Part shown: one piece after another, positions 29,435 through 36,851 of the stretch
How positions within the stretch are numbered: the stretch's first letter is position 1
Layout of the letters: the number at the start of each line of letters is the position of its first letter
Assembly: GCA_964627115.1 (NCBI GenBank)
Contig: CAZVHY010000017.1
Location: 1-36,851, forward strand
DNA from: an uncultured Solibacteraceae bacterium
Lineage (GTDB): Bacteria; Acidobacteriota; Vicinamibacteria; Vicinamibacterales; SCN-69-37
Reading direction: 5' to 3'
Length of the DNA: 36,851 nucleotides
The notes under the pieces: generated by a model
Told to the model about the DNA's origin: nothing
What the model saw: only the letters and a program-made list of their open reading frames with translations
The model's database searches: none
Position numbers and translations under genes: made by a program

Positions 29435-31138
29435 ATGAGACGACTGCTCGGAGTGAGCGCATTGGGCCTGGCCCTGACATTGGCGCCGGCAGCCACCTTC
29501 GCACAGCAAACGCAGGCGCCTTCCCCGGCACCTGTGGACGTGTCCGAATACGAAACACGTCCGGCCCTGACCTCGGCCACCGGCACGACCGGACTCTGGT
29601 TCACGCCGAGCGGTTCGGTGCTCCAGGACCGGAAGTGGTCGATGTCGTTCTACCGCACCAACGTCGACGATGGGCAGGGCTTCGCAGACGTGTCGATGTG
29701 GCCGGTCACCTTCGCGTACGGGATCGGCGGACGAACCGAAATTTTCGGGAACATCGCCGTCATCGGCCGTATCGACCGCGACACCCGTCCGCTGTTCTTC
29801 CCGAGCACGCCCGATGGGACGGGCGGTGGCATCATCCTGCAGGCGCCCCGCGCCCGCAGTGAATGGTCCGGCAACAAGCTCGGCGACGTGACCGTGGGCG
29901 GCAAGGTCAACCTGACGCCCAACGCCCCGGCGGCTCTCGCGCTGCGCGGCATGGTGACGCTGCCGACCGGACACGACGAAGTGTCGGTCGCGGCGCCCAA
30001 CGTCCAGGTCGACGCCATCGTGTCGCACTTCAATCCAGCGGTCGAAGTGGCCGGCTACGGCGGCCTCATCATGCGCGGCAGCCCGAGCGGCTACGAGCTG
30101 ACCAACGGCCTGCGCTGGGGGATTGGCGCCGCCTTCCCGCAGCGGTATTCCGCCGGCTTCCGCATCACGACGGAGCTGTTCAGCGAGATCTACTTCAACA
30201 AGACCATCACGGCCCCGGCCGGTGAGTTCGGCACCGACGGCTCGCCCGTCCCGACGACGACCGAGCTGCGCGCGCCCATCGTCGCCGCCGTCGGCGTCAC
30301 GTGGCAGGCGCCCAACGGGTTCTTCGTGGGTGGCGGCGCGTCGTGGAACCTCAACATGAAGGGCCGCGAGGACGCGAACATCGGGTTCGAGAACACGTTC
30401 CGCGACAGCAAGGGCCTGCAGCTCCGGATCGGCTGGCACCCGGGTGCGCGCCATCAGAACCCGGCCGCGCGCGTACCACCGCCGCCCCCGCCGCCGCCCC
30501 CACCACCGCCGCCCCCGCCACCGGCCAACCGGCCGCCGACGGTCAAGGCGTCGTGCGATCCGTGTGAGGTCGAGGTGGGCCGCACGTCGACGGTCTCGGC
30601 CGACGGCCAGGATCCCGATGGCGATCCGCTGACCTACCAGTGGAAGACGGCCGCCGGCACGGTGGCCAACCCGACGGTGCGCCAGTCGCCCTGGACGGCA
30701 CCGCAGCAGCCCGGTCAGGTGCCCGTCACCGTGACGGTCAACGACGGCCGCGGCGGTACGGCGAGCGACTCGGTCACCATCAACGTGATCCAGCCGCGTG
30801 AGTTCGTCTTCGAGGACGTGCACTTCGAGTTCGACCGGTTCAACATCCGGCCCGACGCGCTCCAGGTGCTCGACGAAGCCGTCACGGCGATGCAGGCCAA
30901 CAACACGCTGCGCCTGACCATCGAAGGTCACACGTGCAACATCGGGACGGCCGAGTACAACCTCGCGCTTGGCGAACGCCGCGCGTCGGCGGTGCGCGAC
31001 TACCTGACGAGCCGTGGCATCGGCGCCGACCGTCTCCAGACGGTGAGCTTCGGTGAAGAGCGGCCGAAGCACGACAACAACCGCGAGGAAACGCGCCGCC
31101 TCAACCGCCGCGCTGCCCTCACGGTCAGGCTGCAGTAG
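29435..31138 (+). CDS. OmpA-family outer-membrane protein (N-terminal barrel-like region, poly-Pro linker, PKD-like domain, OmpA_C)
   Basis: Signal peptide MRRLLGVSALGLALTLAPAATFA/QQ. Sixteen consecutive Pro codons at 30476-30523. DPDGDPLTYQW PKD-like motif. The C-terminal OmpA domain has TIEGHTCNIGTAEYNLALGERRA and NRRAALTV. Confidence 0.85.
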   Translation: MRRLLGVSALGLALTLAPAATFAQQTQAPSPAPVDVSEYETRPALTSATGTTGLWFTPSGSVLQDRKWSMSFYRTNVDDGQGFADVSMWPVTFAYGIGGRTEIFGNIAVIGRIDRDTRPLFFPSTPDGTGGGIILQAPRARSEWSGNKLGDVTVGGKVNLTPNAPAALALRGMVTLPTGHDEVSVAAPNVQVDAIVSHFNPAVEVAGYGGLIMRGSPSGYELTNGLRWGIGAAFPQRYSAGFRITTELFSEIYFNKTITAPAGEFGTDGSPVPTTTELRAPIVAAVGVTWQAPNGFFVGGGASWNLNMKGREDANIGFENTFRDSKGLQLRIGWHPGARHQNPAARVPPPPPPPPPPPPPPPPANRPPTVKASCDPCEVEVGRTSTVSADGQDPDGDPLTYQWKTAAGTVANPTVRQSPWTAPQQPGQVPVTVTVNDGRGGTASDSVTINVIQPREFVFEDVHFEFDRFNIRPDALQVLDEAVTAMQANNTLRLTIEGHTCNIGTAEYNLALGERRASAVRDYLTSRGIGADRLQTVSFGEERPKHDNNREETRRLNRRAALTVRLQ

Positions 31139-31149
31139 CAGCAGGCCAC

Positions 31150-31173
31150 AAGGCTACGAGGCTGCAAGGCTAC
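31150..31173 (-). repeat. 8-nt tandem repeat AAGGCTAC GAGGCTGC AAGGCTAC, the reverse complement of the GYAGCCTT family
   Basis: Read directly from the sequence. Same octamer family as 7118-7157, in the opposite orientation. Confidence 0.85.
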
Positions 31174-31174
31174 G

Positions 31175-31209
31175 GGCGGGAAGGGGGACAACCCCTTCCC
31201 GCCTTTTTT
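31175..31209 (+). terminator. intrinsic terminator of the ompA-family gene
   Basis: A perfect 12-bp stem, GGCGGGAAGGGG (31175-31186) with CCCCTTCCCGCC (31192-31203), a GACAA loop, then TTTTTT at 31204-31209. Confidence 0.85.
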
Positions 31210-31245
31210 CTTCCCTGCTCCCCCGCTCCCCTCCTTCCTGCCTCC

Positions 31246-31269
31246 TCCCAGCCTGCCGCCTCCCCGCCT
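31246..31269 (+). repeat. C-rich 15-mer family copy (TCCCAGCCTGCCGCC TCCCCGCCT)
   Basis: Matches the 4999-5036 unit apart from one substitution. It is embedded in a pyrimidine-rich tract at 31205-31270. Confidence 0.75.
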
Positions 31270-31271
31270 TC

Positions 31272-31277
31272 TATAAT
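31272..31277 (+). promoter_or_regulatory. consensus -10 hexamer TATAAT, 6 nt upstream of the candidate GTG start
   Basis: Perfect TATAAT in an otherwise C-rich tract. I found no good -35 element. Confidence 0.3.
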
Positions 31278-31283
31278 TCCCCC

Positions 31284-32309
31284 GTGCCCCCCTCCCGACG
31301 CACCGACGTGCAGACGCTGGTAGACGAACTGGCGAGCGCCGACGCCATCGCGCGCGAGAGCGCGGCGGCGCGCCTGGTCGTGGCGGGTGAACGCGCGGTC
31401 ACCGCCGTTCGCGCGCTGGTGGCCGACGAAAGCCGCGCGCCAGCGGCACGTATCGCCGGCCTTCAGGCGTTGTGGGATCTCCACCGGCACCAGGCGATCG
31501 AGGCCGCGTCCCACGTGGTGGCCGGCGGAGACGACGGGCTGGCGCTCGACGCGATCGATCTGCTGGGCCAGGCGCTCGTCGACGCGTCGGACGTCTCAGG
31601 TGGGGATCGCGCGCTCGAACACCTGACGCGTTTCGTGCTCGACGATCGCATCGCGCCGATTCGCCGGCGCGCCATGCTCGAGCGCCTCCGTCCCCTGCCC
31701 CTTCGCCTGCGCGAGCCGGTCTTCGACGCGCTGGCCACCGACGGCGTGCTCGCGGCCGACGCCGCGGCGAGCCGATCGTCGCTGACGCCGGTCAGTGCTC
31801 TCGAGCGGTGGAGCGATGAAGAACGGCTGCCCGCCACTCCCGATCATGTGGTCGATGCGATCGCCCATGACGGCGACCGCGTGGCGATCACGACGCTCGC
31901 GCGTCTCATCCCCCTGCTGCGTGCCCGGGAAAAACAGAGCAGCGGCCCCGAGCGGGAAACGTGGCGGCAGCCCGTCGGCCTGCTGCACGAGGCGCTCGCG
32001 CGCCGCGGCAGTCTCCTGGCGCTGTACGACCTGCGCGAGACGCTCGAAGACGCCGGCCAGCACGCCAGCGCCCCCCTGCTGGCCGCGGCGATGGCGATTG
32101 GTGATACGTCGTGCCTGGATGGCATTGCCACGCGATGGATTCACGCGGGCCATGACGTCTGGTTGCGCGACCAGCTCGAGCGCATCGTTCACGCGATCGT
32201 CACGCGCGAACGGCTGCACCGCCGGTCACCCGCGATCGTACGGCTGCTCAAGCGACACCCGGCGGCCGCTCCGCTTGTGGCAACCGCTTCGCGACACGCC
32301 AGAAGTTAA
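31284..32309 (+). CDS. hypothetical protein with HEAT/ARM-like helical repeats
   Basis: Repeated A/L/R-rich helical pairs (AIARESAAARLVVAGERAVTAVRALV..., ARIAGLQALWDL...). The start is uncertain (GTG 31284 or GTG 31308). The ORF-track start at 31053 overlaps ompA and crosses a terminator. Confidence 0.5.
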   Translation: MPPSRRTDVQTLVDELASADAIARESAAARLVVAGERAVTAVRALVADESRAPAARIAGLQALWDLHRHQAIEAASHVVAGGDDGLALDAIDLLGQALVDASDVSGGDRALEHLTRFVLDDRIAPIRRRAMLERLRPLPLRLREPVFDALATDGVLAADAAASRSSLTPVSALERWSDEERLPATPDHVVDAIAHDGDRVAITTLARLIPLLRAREKQSSGPERETWRQPVGLLHEALARRGSLLALYDLRETLEDAGQHASAPLLAAAMAIGDTSCLDGIATRWIHAGHDVWLRDQLERIVHAIVTRERLHRRSPAIVRLLKRHPAAAPLVATASRHARS

Positions 32310-33868
32310 CGCGATCGTCTGTCTTCCACGCGTCTCTTCCACCGAACATCATCGTGGGCCGCGAAGTCCGTGCGCGAGTGTGCGCCGCGGCTTTCTTCGC
32401 GGCGCAGCGCGGCGCGGACGATGAGGTGGGCGACGGTGACGAGGCTGACCGATCGCCAGGTCGCGGGCGACAGCGACGCGCCGTTGGCGAGACCTGCCGC
32501 CACGGTTTCTGCCGGATCGGCCAGCATCGCCAGGACGGCCGACAGCTCGTCACCGTGACGGTAGACGCCCGCGCGTGTCCACATCGCCTCGCGCACCTGG
32601 TCGTCTTCGATCGGCACGTGCAGCGGCGGGCCCACCGGCGGGGCGCCCACAATCGCGGTGCCGGCATCAGGCCAGTCTGCAAGCCGCCACTCGCGCATCG
32701 CACGCCCGGCACGGCCGCCGAACACGAGCCCCTCGAGCAGCGAATTGCTCGCCAGGCGATTGGCACCATGCACGCCCGTGCAGGCCACCTCGCCGGCGGC
32801 AAACAGCCCGGGCAGAGACGTGCGGCCGTCGAGGTCGGTGGAGACGCCGCCCATCACGTAGTGCACGGCCGGTCCGACCGGCAACAGGTCCGTCGCGATG
32901 TCGAGGCCGGCGCGCGCGCACGCTTCGCCAATGGCCGGAAAGCGCTCGCGGACGAACGCCGGCGGCAGATGGGACAACGTCAGGTACACGGGCCGGCCGG
33001 TCCGCGCCGACTCGAGCACGATGGCCTTCGAGACGCGGTCGCGCGAGGCGAGATCGCCGCGCGCGTCGTAGCGCTGGACGAACGGCTCACCGTCGGCATT
33101 GACGAGCCTGGCGCCTTCGCCCCTGAGGGCTTCCGACAGCAGATACCGCGGCGCGCCGGGGACGGCCAGCACCGTGGGGTGGAACTGAACGAACTCGAGA
33201 TCGGCGACCGTCGCCCCCGCCAGATAAGCCAGCGCCACGCCATCACCCGTCGCTACGGGAGGATTGGTGGTCTCGCGGAAGACGTGGCCGGCGCCGCCCG
33301 TGGCCAGGAGCGTTGCGGACGCACGCGCCTCCACGAGCCGTCCACGTTCGTCGAGGAACCGCACGCCGCACACGCGACCGTCCTCGATGAGCGCCTGCAC
33401 GGCCGTCGCGTGGTCCACGATGTCGAGTGATGGATGCCCCTTGAGACGCGCGAAGAGCACACGCGCGATTTCGCGTCCGGTCGCATCGTGTGCGTGCAGC
33501 ACGCGGCGCACCGAGTGCGCGCCTTCGCGCGCCAGATCCAGCGATCCGTCGGCGGCGCGATCGAACGCCGCGCCCCACTCGATGAGCTCGCGGACGTAGG
33601 CCGGTCCTTCGGACACCAGGACCTCGACGGCGCGCTCGTCGCACAGGCCGTCGCCGGCCACGTGCGTGTCGTCGGCGTGCAGTGCCGGCGAGTCGTCGGC
33701 GCCGACGGCCGCGGCAATACCGCCCTGGGCGTAGCCGGTGCTCCCCGCGCTCCGGTCGGACTTGGTGAGGACGAGCACGCGTCCGTGCCCGACGAGTTCG
33801 GCGGCGGCGCGCAGCCCCGCGATGCCGCTGCCGATGATGAGATAGTCCGCCGAGACGCGTTCGGTCAC
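32306..33868 (-). CDS. nadB: L-aspartate oxidase
   Basis: FAD-binding N-terminus DYLIIGSGIAGLRAA, HYVMGGV, RLASNSLLEGLVFG and the C-terminal RREESRGAHSRTDF. The 520 aa length fits NadB rather than SdhA. GTG start. Confidence 0.9.
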   Translation of the reverse strand: MTERVSADYLIIGSGIAGLRAAAELVGHGRVLVLTKSDRSAGSTGYAQGGIAAAVGADDSPALHADDTHVAGDGLCDERAVEVLVSEGPAYVRELIEWGAAFDRAADGSLDLAREGAHSVRRVLHAHDATGREIARVLFARLKGHPSLDIVDHATAVQALIEDGRVCGVRFLDERGRLVEARASATLLATGGAGHVFRETTNPPVATGDGVALAYLAGATVADLEFVQFHPTVLAVPGAPRYLLSEALRGEGARLVNADGEPFVQRYDARGDLASRDRVSKAIVLESARTGRPVYLTLSHLPPAFVRERFPAIGEACARAGLDIATDLLPVGPAVHYVMGGVSTDLDGRTSLPGLFAAGEVACTGVHGANRLASNSLLEGLVFGGRAGRAMREWRLADWPDAGTAIVGAPPVGPPLHVPIEDDQVREAMWTRAGVYRHGDELSAVLAMLADPAETVAAGLANGASLSPATWRSVSLVTVAHLIVRAALRREESRGAHSRTDFAAHDDVRWKRRVEDRRSR

Positions 33869-33928
33869 AGTGGCCTGTTATCCTAGCAGGCTGGCGCCGG
33901 CCCACACGAGCGTCGCCCCCATTCCCGC

Positions 33929-35071
33929 ATGACATCCACGCGCAAACATCTCTCAGGGGCAACCGGTGCGACAGGCGACAGGAACCTGCATCGCACCATC
34001 GACGTCACGAGCGAACGCGGCACCTACCCGGTTCTCATCGGATCGGGCGCGCTTGCCACGCTCCCCTCCCTGCTCGACGGACTCGGCTTCGGCCGCCAGC
34101 GGCTGGTGGTGAGTTCCACCCCCATCTGGCGTCTGCACGGCGACCGCCTGCGTCGCGTGCTCGCGCGCGGCGACCGTCCCGCGCTGATGGCCGTCGGCGA
34201 GCGCGCGAAGACACTCGACACCGTGGCGCGCCTCTACGATGCATGCGTCACGCGCAAGCTCGATCGATCGGCCGCCCTGGTCGCCATCGGAGGCGGTGTC
34301 GTCGGAGACGTGGCCGGGTTTGCCGCGGCCAGCTATCTGCGCGGCATCGGCCTCGTCCAGGTACCGACGACGCTGCTCGCGCAGGTCGACAGCTCGATTG
34401 GCGGCAAGGTCGGCGTGAACCTCCCGGCCGGCAAGAACCTCGTCGGCGCGTTCTACTCGCCGTCACTCGTGCTCTGCGACCCGGCGGTGCTTTCGACGCT
34501 GCCCCGCCGCGAGTTCCGCGCCGGGCTGTACGAGGTGGTGAAATACGGCATCATCGCGTCGAAGCCGCTCTTCACGCGCCTTGCCGGCGGACTCGACGAG
34601 GTGTTCGCCCACGACCCGGCGATGCTCGAAGCCATCGTGTCCGCGTGCTGCCGCATCAAGGCGGACGTGGTGATGAGCGACGAGCGCGAGTCCGGTCCCA
34701 GGCGCGTGCTCAACTTCGGCCACACCATCGGCCACGCCCTCGAGGCCGTCACCGGCTACCGCCGCTTCAGGCATGGCGAAGCGGTCGGCTACGGCATGCT
34801 CGCCGCCGCATGGCTGTCGGTGCGGCGCGGTGCGCTCTCCGAAAGCGACCTGGCGCGGATCGATGGGCTGATCAAGGCGCTTGGTCCGCTGCCGCTCGTT
34901 GGCGATCTCCGCGCGTCGGACGCCCTCGACGCCATCGGCCGCGACAAGAAGGTGGTCAGCGGCCGTCTCCACTTCGTACTTGCGGCGTCGATCGGATCCA
35001 CCGTGATCGTGTCCGACGTGACAACGCGCGAACTGGTGCAGGCGATGCGCGCGATCGGGATGAAAGCCTGA
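33929..35071 (+). CDS. aroB: 3-dehydroquinate synthase
   Basis: GGGVVGDVAGFAAASYLRGIGLVQVPTTLLAQVDSSIGGKVGVN and LNFGHTIGHALE motifs. Confidence 0.9.
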   Translation: MTSTRKHLSGATGATGDRNLHRTIDVTSERGTYPVLIGSGALATLPSLLDGLGFGRQRLVVSSTPIWRLHGDRLRRVLARGDRPALMAVGERAKTLDTVARLYDACVTRKLDRSAALVAIGGGVVGDVAGFAAASYLRGIGLVQVPTTLLAQVDSSIGGKVGVNLPAGKNLVGAFYSPSLVLCDPAVLSTLPRREFRAGLYEVVKYGIIASKPLFTRLAGGLDEVFAHDPAMLEAIVSACCRIKADVVMSDERESGPRRVLNFGHTIGHALEAVTGYRRFRHGEAVGYGMLAAAWLSVRRGALSESDLARIDGLIKALGPLPLVGDLRASDALDAIGRDKKVVSGRLHFVLAASIGSTVIVSDVTTRELVQAMRAIGMKA

Positions 35072-35080
35072 CGCGCCGCG

Positions 35081-35653
35081 TCAGCGCCGAACGATCCCCG
35101 GCGCCACTCGCGTGATGACGATCTGAACGTCCGCTCGCGTCCGGCCCGCGCCCATCGCCCGCACCCGAACCACGATCGTGTCGTTGGTGTCGGCGAACGG
35201 CTGCCCGTCCGACTCCGCCACATCGTCTGACACCCAGACGAGCGCATAGCTGCGCTCAGAGAGCCCGGAGAACGGCAGGTCCCGGCCGGGCACGCCGTGT
35301 CCGAACAGGCGCCACCGCGGCGTGTCGATGCCCCACAGGCTGCCACCGTATGCCTCCTGTTGCACCGCCGCCGTCAGGCCGGCCGCATCGACCGGCTCGG
35401 CGCCGAGCGACGCCGGGAGCACCAGCGGCCCGGCAAATGACGACGAGGTCGTGCCGGCGAGAACGGGCGTCCAGTCCGCCATCGACGCGAGTTCGTCGAC
35501 CATGGCATCGGCAACGCCCTCGGCCGTGTACCGCGCAGCAAGGCCGTGGCGATGGTTGCCGGCAATCATCGTGTCGACGTCGGCAACGAGCGCCACCGAC
35601 AGGCCGATGGCAGCCAGCAGCGTCCCGAGCAGCAACACCATCACCAGCGCCAT
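35081..35653 (-). CDS. PilX/GspK-like minor (pseudo)pilin
   Basis: N-terminus MALVMVLLLGTLLAAIGLSVA...MIAGNHRHGLAARYTAEG resembles the PilX_N pattern (hydrophobic helix, then AGN.R....A...AE). GGAG lies 8 nt upstream of the ATG at 35653. The frame stays open upstream (..RGYDGDEGMALV), so an earlier non-ATG start cannot be excluded. Confidence 0.5.
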   Translation of the reverse strand: MALVMVLLLGTLLAAIGLSVALVADVDTMIAGNHRHGLAARYTAEGVADAMVDELASMADWTPVLAGTTSSSFAGPLVLPASLGAEPVDAAGLTAAVQQEAYGGSLWGIDTPRWRLFGHGVPGRDLPFSGLSERSYALVWVSDDVAESDGQPFADTNDTIVVRVRAMGAGRTRADVQIVITRVAPGIVRR

Positions 35654-35831
35654 GCCTTCGTCTCCGTCGTAGCCGCGAGGCTTTGTGCCCAGCGGACCCG
35701 GCGGGCGTGACCACCTTCGCGTAACGCTACGGTGGTCCGCCGTAGCCTTGGCGGAGGCGGACGTCCGCGGGGTCCGACAACTGACGCATGCGTCGCCCCT
35801 ACATCGTGGCGCCGCGTTCCGAAGCGCGCTC

Positions 35832-36851
35832 TCAATACGCACTGGACAGTGCCCGTGATGTGACATCGACCCTCACCTCGAGATCGTTGACCAGCCGGAG
35901 CGCGCTCGTGGCGTGGCCAGGCGACAGGAACGCGACGCTCCGCCCGCGGGCCGCGTCCGGCGCCGCGCGCAGCCGCACGACGGCCCGGACACGCCGAACG
36001 CGCAGCAGATCCGCGTCGAACGTATTACCTCCCGTTCCGCACCATGGCCCGTCGCGCAGTTCGTCGAGCGACAGCCGCACGTCGGCCGCGCCAGCCGGCG
36101 AGATCGCCCGGCCGAACTTCGGCGCGCCGTCGGCATCGAACCAGCAGGTCTCGACGCCCGCCGCGCCGCGCGCGTGCGCGGGGATGCCCGGAGTCCCCCA
36201 ATACTCGAAACGCACGGCCACCACGTCGTCGACAACGGGCATGTCGGAACGATAGCCGTCGTAGAGCCGCAGTTGCCGCGCAGCGGCGTCGAAATAGAAC
36301 GTCGAGGACTCCGAGACAACGAGGCGATCGCCGGGGGAGAAGGGCGAAAGCGGTCCGGTCTGACGTGTGGCGAGCGGTGCGGATTCCGATCCAGGAGAAC
36401 CGGCCACGAAGAAGTCGTGTACGCCGATCGGCTTGAAGGCCATGACATGGTCACCTTCCTGGACGCCGCAGACAGGACGGGAGAGCGTGCATCCGTTGGC
36501 GATTTCAGGCGTCAGCAGCCCGGGCAACGGGTCCCGCAAACGGCCGGGGAGCGCGCCAGGCACGGCACGGACAACGGTCAGCACATCGTCGTGCGCCGCA
36601 GATGCGGTGTCGGCCCCCAGCAGGCCGATGCGCCGCGGCAGAATCGACGGCACGCAACACGCGAAGCCGGTTCCGGGTCCCGCGCGGTCGGCCCATGCGC
36701 CCGCACCGTTGACAGCTCGCGACAGCAGGTCCATGGCAGCACGCGCCCGCTGCTGCAGATCCGCGGCGTCCGGCTGCGCGCGGGCGATGAGCGTCTGCGT
36801 CCAGACGAACGCCGACACCGCGCCAAAGACGATGAGGGCCAGCGAGGCCGC
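35832..36851 (-). CDS. PilW-like type IV pilus / T2SS minor pilin (5' end lies off the window)
   Basis: The frame is open to the window edge (AASLALIVFGAVSAFVWTQTL = the hydrophobic prepilin helix). The size, the Gly/Pro-rich beta region, and the position directly upstream of a PilX-like gene fit PilW. Confidence 0.5.
   Translation of the reverse strand, partial: AASLALIVFGAVSAFVWTQTLIARAQPDAADLQQRARAAMDLLSRAVNGAGAWADRAGPGTGFACCVPSILPRRIGLLGADTASAAHDDVLTVVRAVPGALPGRLRDPLPGLLTPEIANGCTLSRPVCGVQEGDHVMAFKPIGVHDFFVAGSPGSESAPLATRQTGPLSPFSPGDRLVVSESSTFYFDAAARQLRLYDGYRSDMPVVDDVVAVRFEYWGTPGIPAHARGAAGVETCWFDADGAPKFGRAISPAGAADVRLSLDELRDGPWCGTGGNTFDADLLRVRRVRAVVRLRAAPDAARGRSVAFLSPGHATSALRLVNDLEVRVDVTSRALSSAY

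Noticed and set aside
30476-30523. A C-rich low-complexity stretch that looks like another member of the C-rich intergenic repeat families.
   Set aside because: It is in frame inside the ompA-family CDS and encodes a 16-Pro linker using mixed CCA/CCG/CCC codons. It is not a copy of the intergenic 8- or 15-mers.
32306-32309. The convergent HEAT-repeat and nadB genes share overlapping stop codons within the palindrome TTAA.
   Set aside because: The overlap is real, but it is a trivial consequence of compact convergent genes and there is no room for further structure. I note it only as the absence of a terminator between them.

Overview
This is a 36.9 kb segment of a high-GC bacterial chromosome. 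The phylum cannot be assigned from this sequence alone. I call 30 protein-coding genes, and almost all are core housekeeping genes. On the + strand the order is: M24 peptidase, HtrA protease, a translationally coupled block (CYTH, sugar-1-P nucleotidyltransferase, AmgK-like kinase, TIM-barrel isomerase), asnS, rimO, then the long translation operon rimP-nusA-infB-DUF503-rbfA-nrnA-truB-rpsO-pnp, and a Tat-exported cupredoxin-like protein. On the - strand: M48 protease, smc, and tatA-tatC-ctp. After that come an OmpA-family protein, a HEAT-repeat protein, nadB, aroB, and a PilW/PilX-like minor-pilin pair at the right edge. I saw no rRNA, tRNA, CRISPR array, transposase, integrase, or recognisable defence or toxin genes. 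I do not see a convincing new protein-coding system. The structure that the genes do not explain lies in the non-coding DNA. (1) A family of 27-nt GTAG-headed palindromes (REP-like) has 10 copies in 4 intergenic clusters, and the stems show compensatory changes between copies. (2) Several families of 7-, 8-, 9- and 15-nt tandem repeats recur at unlinked loci in either orientation. They usually lie between a REP pair and the next start codon, giving a BIME-like mosaic. (3) A 9-mer GGTCCT array with an inverted arm sits between asnS and rimO. (4) A C-rich tract has canonical G-quadruplex potential on the bottom strand. (5) C-runs abut the start codons of genes that lack a Shine-Dalgarno sequence. 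(6) Some REP copies supply the stop codon of the upstream gene. The many long ORFs antisense to real genes are high-GC shadow ORFs and were rejected.
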